This document shows, one piece after another, positions 39,827 through 49,243 of a stretch of DNA of 64,000 bases. The notes beneath the pieces are model-generated. The model was not told where the DNA came from and searched no databases. It saw only the letters and a list, made by a program, of their open reading frames with translations. This stretch comes from Paracoccaceae bacterium (GTDB lineage Bacteria > Pseudomonadota > Alphaproteobacteria > Rhodobacterales > Rhodobacteraceae). Each line of letters begins with the position of its first letter. Positions within the stretch are counted from its first letter, which is position 1. The stretch is from contig JBJLGD010000036.1 of the NCBI GenBank assembly GCA_045565015.1, forward strand, positions 82-64,081. The letters run 5' to 3'. The translations under genes were made by a program, and so were the position numbers.

Positions 39827-40704
39827 TTTTTTTTATCAAACGCTCGTAATCTAGCTATAAGAGACGAGGTATCCCATCTACCACCACCTAAGCCCTGAAC
39901 TTCCTTGTAAAATTGATCAACCAAAGCTGTAACCGGTAGATTCGCCCCATTTTCTTCGGCAGTACTCAAGCATATTCCAAGATCTTTTCTCATCCAATCA
40001 ACAGCAAAACCATGATCGAAATGACCCTCAGTCATAGACTCAAATCTATTTTCCATTTGCCAACTTCCTGCAGCACCAGCCGATATAACATCCACTACTT
40101 CTTTACAGTTAAGACCAGCCTTTTCAGCAAAATTTAAACCCTCAGATAAACCCTGAACCAATCCAGCTATACAAATTTGGTTAACCATTTTAGTTAGCTG
40201 GCCAGCACCAGATTTTCCCATTAATTTACAAACTTTAGAGTAACAACAAATTATACCCGCAACTTTATTATAATCGCTTAGAGTTCCTCCACACATTATG
40301 CCCAGTTGCCCATTTATTGCGCCGGCCTGTCCACCTGAAACAGGTGCATCAACATATCCTATATTCTTAGTAGCGGCATAGTCATGAAGTTCTCGTGTGA
40401 CTTTGTCAGAGACAGTCGTATGATCTATGAAAATTGAACCACTTTTCATTCCTTCAAAGGCTCCCTCTTGACCCAAGCAAACTTCTCTCAAATCATTATC
40501 ATTGCCTACGCAAGCCATCACGAAATCTGCGTTATTCGAGGCAGCACAAGGTGTTAATGCTATCTCTCCATTATGCTTATCCATCCAAAGATCAGCTTTT
40601 CCTTTACTTCTATTAAAAACTGTAACTGAGTGTCCAGCCTCAGAAAGATGCCCTGCCATTGGGAATCCCATAACCCCTAAACCTAGAAAACTAACCTTGG
40701 CCAT
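39823..40704 (-). CDS. NAD(P)-dependent 3-hydroxyisobutyrate dehydrogenase family oxidoreductase
   Basis: 293 aa. FLGLGVMGFPMAGHL Rossmann motif and the DAPVSGG signature of the HIBADH/GarR family. Confidence 0.8.
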   Translation of the reverse strand: MAKVSFLGLGVMGFPMAGHLSEAGHSVTVFNRSKGKADLWMDKHNGEIALTPCAASNNADFVMACVGNDNDLREVCLGQEGAFEGMKSGSIFIDHTTVSDKVTRELHDYAATKNIGYVDAPVSGGQAGAINGQLGIMCGGTLSDYNKVAGIICCYSKVCKLMGKSGAGQLTKMVNQICIAGLVQGLSEGLNFAEKAGLNCKEVVDVISAGAAGSWQMENRFESMTEGHFDHGFAVDWMRKDLGICLSTAEENGANLPVTALVDQFYKEVQGLGGGRWDTSSLIARLRAFDKKN

Positions 40705-40782
40705 AATAAATCTCCTTGAATATTTGAATTTATCCGCACATCAATGTATCGAACTTATACTTTGGTCTAATGGTGGGTAGTT

Positions 40783-43243
40783 ATGTTGTCAATTTTTAGA
40801 TGGTCACTCCGTATTGCTATAACAATAATTCTATTATTTACGATAATAATTTTTTCAAGTTATTTTCTCGTTATACGTTCAATCCCTGATTATAATGCTA
40901 ATTATGAATTGAAGGGCTTACGAGAAGAATTACTTATCATAAGAGATTCCTCTAACGTTCCCCATATAATTGGTGACAATGATAACGACGCGTTCTTTGG
41001 ATTAGGATTCGTTCATGCGCAAGACAGATTATGGCAAATGGCTTTATTACGCCGGGCATCACAAGGGAAACTGAGCGAAATGTTTGGTAAAGATACTCTT
41101 GATTCTGATATTTTGTTAAGAGAATTAGGAATTTATTTAAATGCAAAAAAATCATTAGAAATTCAGGACTCTGATACTATTTCTGCTCTTGTTGCATACT
41201 CTAATGGCGTTAATGAATGGATAAATACAATTAATAATAAAGCTATGGGTAGAGGTGCTCCTGAATTTTTTCTTTTTTTAAAAAACTTAGATCCTTGGCG
41301 ACCAGAGGATAGTTTAGCAATTATTAACTTGATGGCTTTTAGATTAACCAGTTCATATCAAGAAGAATTGATCCGAGCTCTCGTAGCAAAAAAGCTTACT
41401 TCGTCAGAATATAATTCTCTTTTTAATATAAAATCAGCGCTGCAGAAGCCTTTAAATAGTACGACGAACCAACCTGATGTAATTAACAACAGCTATCAAA
41501 ATATAGTAGAAAATGATGCTCTAGTGTTTAAGGAGTTACAAAACAAATCACTAAAAGGAGCATCAAATGTTTTTGCAGCATCTTCGGAGCGCGCAGCTTT
41601 GAAATACCCCATACTAGCAAATGATCCACATTTAAAATTAAGTTCTCCCGCTATTTGGTATCTTGCTAGGCTCAACCTTGAAAGTGGCGCGGTAATAGGC
41701 GCTACTATCCCCGGTATTCCAACTATTTTGAGTGGAAGATCGAAAAAACACAGCATGGGGTATAAGTTCCGCTTATGTTGATGATCAAGATTTATATTTT
41801 GAAAAACTAAACCCCTCTAATAAAAATCAATATAAAAGTGAAAAAGGTTTTGTTAATTTTGAAGTACGAAACGAGGAAGTAAAGATTAAAAATTCACCCC
41901 CGCAAGAATTAATAATTCGTAAATCTCAAAATGGTCCAATATTAACTGGTAAACATATTAATCTTAAATCTATTACACCCGAAGGCCACGTTGTGGCTAT
42001 GAATTGGACAGCTCTATCAGAAAAAAATACTACTTTACAGTCTGCTATAAGAATCATGAAATCAACTTCATTAATGGAAATTATATCGTCTGGTGTTGGG
42101 CATTTTGCTCCAGCTCAAAATTTATTGGCTATCGATAAACAGGGTATAGCATTAAAAACGATAGGAAAAATCCCCAAGAGGAACGCGAATCATGAAACGC
42201 GTGCTCAAATACCGTCAAAAGGTTGGAAAATTGAGAATAGGTGGATTGATTTTGTACCCTATCAATCAAATCCAGAAATTAGATCTCCAAAGAACGGGAT
42301 AATCTATAATACTAACAATCGACTAGTTAGTAAGCCGTTTCCAGACCATGTAAGTTATGATTATGGCGACACACAGAGACACTTTAGATTAAAAAAATTA
42401 CTGAATAATCGATCTATTCATACTATTGGTAGTTTTATTGAATACCAGCAAGACATAGTCAGCCCTACAGCTCAAACTATACTCCCAATCGTAGCTAGTA
42501 CTCTATGGACGAAACTGTCGACACAAAACGGAAATGACTTTTCCATTATAGAAGAAACAGCTTTACGTCTACTTTTAGAATGGAATGGCGAAATGTCTAA
42601 ATATTACCCAGAGCCATTAATCTACACTGCTTGGATGCGTAATTTACAGAGAGATATCATAAAGGATGAGTTAAAGGAGTTAACTAATTATTTTAATAAA
42701 TTTGATCCTGATTTTATCAAACGCGTTTTTTTATCAAGTAAAAAAAGCCATATTTGGTGTGATATAATTTTTACGGAAAGTTTAGAGAATTGCGGAAAAA
42801 TAGCTGAAATTTCTTTTAGAAATACTATCAAGGAGCTATCAGTAATTCACGGCAAAAGGCCCGAAGTGTGGCAGTGGGGAAGTGTTCATCAAGCGATGCA
42901 CAAACACTCGGCTTTAGGCAATGTCCCAATACTCGATATTATTTTTAATATAAAACATCCTGTTAGTGGTGGTGAACACACTTTACAACGTGCAGGATTT
43001 AGTAACGTGGGTAGTAATCCTTTTGAAAACACTCAAGGCGCCGGATATCGTGGCATTTATGATTTAGCTAACCCAGACGACTCACTTTATATAATCGCTA
43101 CAGGTCAATCTGGTAATCCGTTATCAAAATACTATGATAACTTAAATATACGATGGAACAGAGGCGAATATATTCCAATGACCTTGGATATTAATGAGGT
43201 AAAATCCGGATCAATAGGAAAAAGTATATTAAAACCAAAGTAA
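40783..43243 (+). pseudogene. penicillin-acylase-family Ntn hydrolase (possible acyl-homoserine-lactone acylase), one frameshift
   Basis: ORFs 40783-41781 and 41732-43243 are collinear with one penicillin amidase. It has an N-terminal TM/signal segment, GFVHAQDRLWQM, the nucleophile region GASNVFAAS, and LANDPHL. The frame changes in A6 41743-41748. Deleting one A gives ILSGRSKNTAWGISSAYVDDQDLY. Confidence 0.75.
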
Positions 43244-43251
43244 TCTTATGA

Positions 43252-44539
43252 TTAAAACCTCTTAAGGTATTTCTGTTTATGTTGAGATGTCCAATCAACT
43301 TTCAAACATAATTCATCGTGATCAAACGTTTCCTCAAGGACATTAACATTTTTATAAAGCCATAACCGCTTGTCCCAAGAACCTGGAGAAATTTTTAACC
43401 ACTCTATTGTCTTACCATTATTTAAAGCTTTGGAAATTCCATTTACTAATTTTTCGAATCCCTCTCCGTTTATTGCCGAAACTAAAAAAATATTTTTTCG
43501 ACGCTTAATAACATTTAGCAAGCGCAATTTCTCTGAAGAATTTAATAAGTCTGCTTTATTCCAAACTTCTATAATATTTTTATCTTTGGGTACTCCAATA
43601 GTCTCTAAAGTTTCATTAACATTAGTGAACTGATTACAAGTTTCTTTATGAGAGATATCTCTTACATGGAGAATCAGATCAGAACTTAAAACCTCTTCCA
43701 GCGTCGCGCTAAACGCAGCAATTAACTCAGTAGGTAAATCAGAAATAAAACCAACGGTATCACTTAATAAGGTTTGAATATGATCAGGCGTCACAAAGGA
43801 GCGCACTGTTGGATCTAAAGTTGCAAAAAGCATATCTTTTGCAAAAACATTTGCACCAGTCAGATAATTAAAGATAGTTGATTTTCCAGAGTTTGTATAT
43901 CCAACGAGAGATATTATCTTTCGTGTTTTTCTTTCCTTAGAAGACCGATGCAATCTTCTAGTTTTAACAATTTTTTCCAAATTTTTTTTTATCTTAAAAA
44001 TAGCACTATCTATTGCTCGTCGATCAGATTCAATCTGTGTCTCGCCTGGTCCTCCCACAAAACCTAAGCCACCCCTTTGTCGTTCTAAATGAGTCCATGC
44101 ACGAACTAATCGGGTTCTCTGATAAGTTAAAGCGGCCAACTCTACCTGCAATACTCCTTCTCTTGTTTTTGCCCTATCAGAGAAAATTTCTATTATTAAT
44201 GCAGTCTTATCAAGAACCTTTAAACTCCACGCCTTCTCAAGATTTCTTTGTTGAACAGGAGTTAGGACACCGTCAATCAAAATTAACTTTATCTCTTCTA
44301 TTAATATTTTTTTACGAATTTCATCTATTTTACCAGAGCCGAAGAGTGCGCCAGGATTTATCTTCCCTACAGCTTCAATTGAAGCACCCTTTAGTTTTAT
44401 AGATGGTAAAGCCCTCGCTAATGACTTCATCTCTTCTAAAACGATTTCAGGATTTCTTTCAGCCGTTTTCCTTTTAAATTTTAAGCAAATTACCCAAGCG
44501 GATTGCTCTTCAAAGAGTTTTTTCCGAGTTATTACTCAT
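43252..44539 (-). CDS. hflX: GTPase HflX, apparent frameshift 6 codons into the gene
   Basis: G-domain motifs [14 protein letters not shown] and NKAD. The frame of ORF 43252-44430 is open upstream to 44535 and encodes an HflX-like N-terminus, but it has no start codon. Deleting one T from T6 44518-44523 joins it to ATG 44537-44539 ([17 protein letters not shown]...). Confidence 0.8.
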
Positions 44540-44765
44540 CTCCATTATACAAATTTATATCCTGAGAGGGCATAATGGTAGAAATTGCATGCTTATATAC
44601 AAGTTGAGACTGCCCTTCTCTTCTCAAGAGCACACAAAAGCTATCAAACCATGTAATTATGCCTTGTAACTTTACGCCATTTATCAAAAACACTGTAATT
44701 GGTATTTTTGTTTTTCGAACATGATTTAGAAATGTATCTTGTAAGTTCTGTTTATCAGAAGCCAT
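44532..44765 (-). CDS. hfq: RNA chaperone Hfq
   Basis: 77 aa. [33 protein letters not shown] ... [12 protein letters not shown] is the canonical Sm1/Sm2 sequence. Confidence 0.92.
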   Translation of the reverse strand: MASDKQNLQDTFLNHVRKTKIPITVFLINGVKLQGIITWFDSFCVLLRREGQSQLVYKHAISTIMPSQDINLYNGDE

Positions 44766-44871
44766 AATTCGACTTTCTATTGTTAAATTAGATTTTGTCT
44801 ATACTACATGTATAGAATACTCTTACTCAAACATACCACCCTGAAAATAATAAAAGTTAAAAAAATTAATC

Positions 44872-46362
44872 TTAATTCGAATTCAAATTAGGAAGAAAAA
44901 TGGCAATAATAGCTAGGATTTCAAAACGTCCTACTAACATACCAATCAACAAACACCCTTTTATCGGAAGGCTTAACTCTTGGTATCTAAAGTTTTCTAT
45001 TGCGGCAAATGCTAAGTTGCCATTCGTAGACAGTGCTGATGCGGTTAAAACTACTGAGCTCTCCACTGAAACACCAAAAAAACTGAGAAATAAAACCATG
45101 CTTGCACCTATTAATACAAATAGCATAAAAAAGATCCATGCAATGAAAGCACCTTCTTTTCTAATATCTCTTCCAGTACCACCAAAGCCAGTCACAGACC
45201 TTGGATGGGATAATTTATTAAGTTCATTAGCGCCGTGTTTATATAAGGTATAAACTCTCAATAACTTTATCCCTCCAGCTGTAGTAGCAACTCCACCTCC
45301 AATTAAGGATAATCCTGCTAGGACAGAAACTGGAATAATCAAAAACTGTTCATAAATTGGTTTAAGCATAAACCCCGTCGTTGTGATAAAAGAAAATAAT
45401 GAAAATAATCTTACCCACATTTTATAAAAAAACTCATTCAAAGTAATACTATTATTGATACCCACAAAGTTAAAACCATCTATCAAGGTGAAGAGTACGA
45501 ACGTAATGGAAACTAAAATAACGCCAACTCTGAATTCTCGTTCCGATTTTAACCTCTTAAAGACCGATGAGTTTTTAAGAGTCGAAAAAGTGTGAGAGAG
45601 ACTTATAGTTAAAAATATCATTATTATCAGTTGACTGAGAATACCGACCTCTAAAAATTTTCCTGTATTGTTTGGTAATATACCGCTAGTTGAAATTGTG
45701 GAAAAAGCTAAACATAACGAAGTAAACGCTCTATTCCCAGTAAAGATCATTAAAATGAAGATTACTCCAGTAATAAGGAAATATACTGGAAAAAGCTTTC
45801 GACTGTACTTTAATAATCTTTCTTCAGAGTTTTTTGTCCTTATAATTCTAGTAGCAAAATTAGACTCCGAATTAGAACGAAAAATTTCAAACCCTACGAG
45901 ATTCATCGGCTCTAGAATAGCAAAGGCTATTACCAAAAAAATAAATCCTCCCAACCAACCGACTAGAGCCCGCCAGAGATGTATCGGTTCAGCAATAAGA
46001 CTAGAGGAGTCAAAAATTGTAGCGCCAGTAGTTGTTAAACAGGCAAACATCTCAAAATATAAATCTAAAAAGTTTGAACCACCGAGTGCCTCATTTAATG
46101 GAACTGTTAGTAAAATGGGTAGTAGGATATAAAAACCTAAAATTGTATACAGTGCTCCTCTAGGGCTTGATCTGTCTCTAGGCCTTTTTATAGCAATACC
46201 AAGAAAAGTTGTTAAAATGAAGAAAAGAAGAGAGCTATAAAAAAAAGGTTGAGCTATCCTATGTAGCCCTAAATAAAGGGCGTGAATAGCTGGAACCATC
46301 ATGGCTAAAGAAAAAATAGCCATCAAGATAATTAGAAAGGGTATTTTATTATTATTTTTCAA
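44872..46362 (-). CDS. trkH: TrkH-family potassium uptake protein
   Basis: 496 aa and polytopic, with repeated pore-loop-like segments (TTTGAT, TSGIL, TTGF, TTAGGIK). Immediately downstream of trkA. Confidence 0.8.
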   Translation of the reverse strand: MKNNNKIPFLIILMAIFSLAMMVPAIHALYLGLHRIAQPFFYSSLLFFILTTFLGIAIKRPRDRSSPRGALYTILGFYILLPILLTVPLNEALGGSNFLDLYFEMFACLTTTGATIFDSSSLIAEPIHLWRALVGWLGGFIFLVIAFAILEPMNLVGFEIFRSNSESNFATRIIRTKNSEERLLKYSRKLFPVYFLITGVIFILMIFTGNRAFTSLCLAFSTISTSGILPNNTGKFLEVGILSQLIIMIFLTISLSHTFSTLKNSSVFKRLKSEREFRVGVILVSITFVLFTLIDGFNFVGINNSITLNEFFYKMWVRLFSLFSFITTTGFMLKPIYEQFLIIPVSVLAGLSLIGGGVATTAGGIKLLRVYTLYKHGANELNKLSHPRSVTGFGGTGRDIRKEGAFIAWIFFMLFVLIGASMVLFLSFFGVSVESSVVLTASALSTNGNLAFAAIENFRYQELSLPIKGCLLIGMLVGRFEILAIIAIFLPNLNSN

Positions 46363-46370
46363 ATTGATGA

Positions 46371-47747
46371 CTAAAATAAATCTATAGAAACTTGTAAAAG
46401 TTTCTCTAACTCTGGAATATCCTTAGATATCGCGAATATTACCACTACATCTCCATTAGAGATCTTAGTTCTGCCATTAGGTTTTATATACTCATCACCT
46501 CTCTTTATCGCACCAATTATAGTACCCTCGGGAAGTCCTAGTTCTTTTATGTCTGTACCAGACATTGGAGAAGTTGACAAAACTTGGGCTTCTATAACTT
46601 CAGCCTCTGCATCTCCAATCGAATAAACTTGACTAACTCTGCCATGACGGACATGTCTTAGTATCGAACTAACAGTGGTTGCCCGTGGATTTAAATGGGC
46701 ATCAATTTCTAGTGGTGTCATGAGTGGAATCAACGTTGGGTCATTAATAAGTGAGATTGCTATTGCACAACCAGCTGTTTTTCCCCTTACCGCTGACAAT
46801 AAATTTGTTTTATCATCATCTGTGACCGATAAAATTGCATCAGCAGTACTGATATTTGCTTCAGCCAGTAAATCATAATCCAAACCATCACCATGAAGAA
46901 CTATGGTCCGCTCAAGTTTTCCAGCAGCAAATTCAGCAATTTCTCTATCTTTCTCTATTATTTTTATTCTAAATTTATCTGACCTTTTCTCTAAAGATTT
47001 TGCCACCGAAAGACCAACTGTTCCACCACCTATAATTACGATCCTTTCTTGCTTTTGGCTTTTTTTTCCAAATATTTCCATAGTTCTAGAGACATCGTCC
47101 GAGTTAACGATTAGATAGATTTGGTCTCCTCCAAACATTTGATCATTTGATGTGGGAATAAAAAGTTTGCCATTCCTCCTTATAGCTACGACTAAAGCTC
47201 TTAAAGTGGCAAATAAATCAGTTAGCTGTTTTAAGGGGGTATCAATAACTGGGCAATCTGATCCTATTTCAATACCAATAATTTGAACCAAACCCTTTAA
47301 AAAGGTCTCCGTGTCGAAAGCCGCAGGGGCGGCTAATCTTTGTAGCGCAGCCTCAGCCACTTCCTGTTCTGGACTTATAACAACATCTATTGGTAAGTGA
47401 TCTTCTCTGTAAAGGTCTGAATAAATCGCATTAAGATATGATTGGCTCCTTAATCTTGCAATTTTCCTTGATACGGAAAAGACAGAATGTGCAACTTGAC
47501 AAATTACCATATTAACTTCGTCTGAATTTGTGGCAGCGATAATCATATCTGCATCCCTAGCTCCAGCTCGCTCCAAAACATCTGGATAACTAGCTGAACC
47601 TAATACGCCTTGCACATCTATACTCTCAGTAGCTCGTCTTATTAGATCTGAATTATTATCAACGATCGTAACATTATTATTTTCACTAGACAAATGCCTA
47701 GCTATTTGCCATCCAACCTGCCCAGCTCCACAAACAATAATTTTCAT
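46371..47747 (-). CDS. trkA: Trk system potassium uptake protein TrkA
   Basis: 458 aa with two RCK/NAD-binding repeats (KIIVCGAGQVG and IVIIGGGTVG). Confidence 0.85.
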   Translation of the reverse strand: MKIIVCGAGQVGWQIARHLSSENNNVTIVDNNSDLIRRATESIDVQGVLGSASYPDVLERAGARDADMIIAATNSDEVNMVICQVAHSVFSVSRKIARLRSQSYLNAIYSDLYREDHLPIDVVISPEQEVAEAALQRLAAPAAFDTETFLKGLVQIIGIEIGSDCPVIDTPLKQLTDLFATLRALVVAIRRNGKLFIPTSNDQMFGGDQIYLIVNSDDVSRTMEIFGKKSQKQERIVIIGGGTVGLSVAKSLEKRSDKFRIKIIEKDREIAEFAAGKLERTIVLHGDGLDYDLLAEANISTADAILSVTDDDKTNLLSAVRGKTAGCAIAISLINDPTLIPLMTPLEIDAHLNPRATTVSSILRHVRHGRVSQVYSIGDAEAEVIEAQVLSTSPMSGTDIKELGLPEGTIIGAIKRGDEYIKPNGRTKISNGDVVVIFAISKDIPELEKLLQVSIDLF

Positions 47748-47809
47748 AATTAAACCCTATTAAACACTAAATTATTTATTAATTTTTAGCGTAGTAATGA
47801 CCAAGACAT

Positions 47810-49211
47810 TTATTCACTGTCCGAAATTTCAGCGACCCTACTACCAGTACGAATATTTGTAACAATATTTAAAGACTTTAATTTTCTATGCAAAGCTGAT
47901 CTCTCCATGCCAACAAAGGATGCAGTTTTTTGAAATGTTACCATTAAATCTATTAATCTGCAAAAGAAGATAATCTCTTTCAAAGCATTCTCGGGCTTCT
48001 CTGAGTGGAAGCTTTGCTAAATTTGGATCCATAGCCAAACTATTTAATTCAGATCCAGGCTCCTCTTCGGATAAAATTTCTGTTATCTTTATTGATTCTT
48101 TATCAACTCCAAGAATAAGAACTCTTTCAACTAGATTTCTAAGCTGCCTTATATTCCCAGGCCATTTCATTGTTTGCAAAAATGCTAATGCTTCTTCAGA
48201 TACAGACCGGTTCGGCAGACCCTGGTTAGTATTAAAGCTGCTCACAAAATGTTCGATCAGTAAAGGTATATCTTCCCTCCTATCCTCTAAACTCGGTATC
48301 AAGATAGGGATAACATTGAGTCTATGAAAAAGTTCACTTTTAAATCTACCTTGTTCAACTTCTAAACTCAGGATTTTATTTGTCGTTGAAATCACTCTAA
48401 ATTCAACATGTACTTTTGATTGGCCACCAACTCGTTCAAAACTTTGTTCATTTAAACAACGTAACAGCTTTTGTTGAATATCCATTGGTAACTCGGAGAT
48501 TTCATCAAAAAGAATTGTCCCTCCATGCGCCTCTTCTAAAAGCCCAGTTGTGAATTTTTTTTCACTATGCTCAATCCCAAATAAAATTTCTTCAAGTTTA
48601 TTCGGGTTTGAAGAAGCGCAATTGAAGATAATAAAAGGACTAGCTTTTCTAGAGGATAACTTATGTATAGTTTTTGCTGCCAATCCTTTTCCGGAACCAG
48701 CACCACCGGACAACATAACTCTAGCATTAGAGCTCGCAACTTTCTCTAATTGCGATAACATCGCGCGGAATGTTTGGCTTTGACCAATCATAGAATGATC
48801 TTCGGCATCCCCTTGTTTTAATAATACATTTTCTTGTAAAAGTTCTGAGTGTTCATAGGCACGCTTTACCACAACCAAAAGCTGATCGGTATTGAATGGT
48901 TTCTCGACGTAATCATAAGCTCCTTGTTTTATGGCAGCCACTGCAATTTCTATATTTCCATGCCCCGAAATAATTAAAATAGGAATGTCAGGGTTTTTTC
49001 TCCTGGTAGCTTTTAGTATATCAATACCATCCATCTCACTATCTTTTAACCAAATATCGAGTAATAATACAGAAGGCTTTTTCGCATCAATCTCTGCCAT
49101 ACAATCTTCAGAATTGCCCACTGATCTAACATTAAAGCCCTCATCTTTTAGGATTTCACTTACCAAATCTCTAATGTCCTCTTCATCATCAACTACCAAA
49201 ATATCAGTCAA
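47810..49211 (-). CDS. ntrX: response regulator NtrX (NtrC family), apparent frameshift in the C-terminal HTH
   Basis: Receiver domain (VDDEEDIR ... LLDIWL), AAA+ domain (GGAGSGKG, ILFDE, WPGNIRQL). ORF 47886-49211 ends abnormally (NGNISKNCILCWHGEISFA). Deleting one T from T6 47926-47931 gives ISKTASFVGMERSALHRKLKSLNI, a Fis-type HTH, with the stop at 47810. Confidence 0.8.
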
Positions 49212-49243
49212 TTTTTTTACTCCCAGAAAAATACTAATGGATA

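Noticed and set aside
41743-41748. Programmed ribosomal frameshifting or transcriptional slippage as the explanation for the A/T-run frame breaks. The same applies to 14819-14825, 47926-47931 and 44518-44523.
   Set aside because: No slippery heptamer plus downstream structure is apparent. The runs are mostly 5-7 nt, shorter than those shown to give efficient slippage. The affected genes are unrelated. Homopolymer miscalls or simple mutation are more parsimonious. It is kept only as an alternative in the findings.
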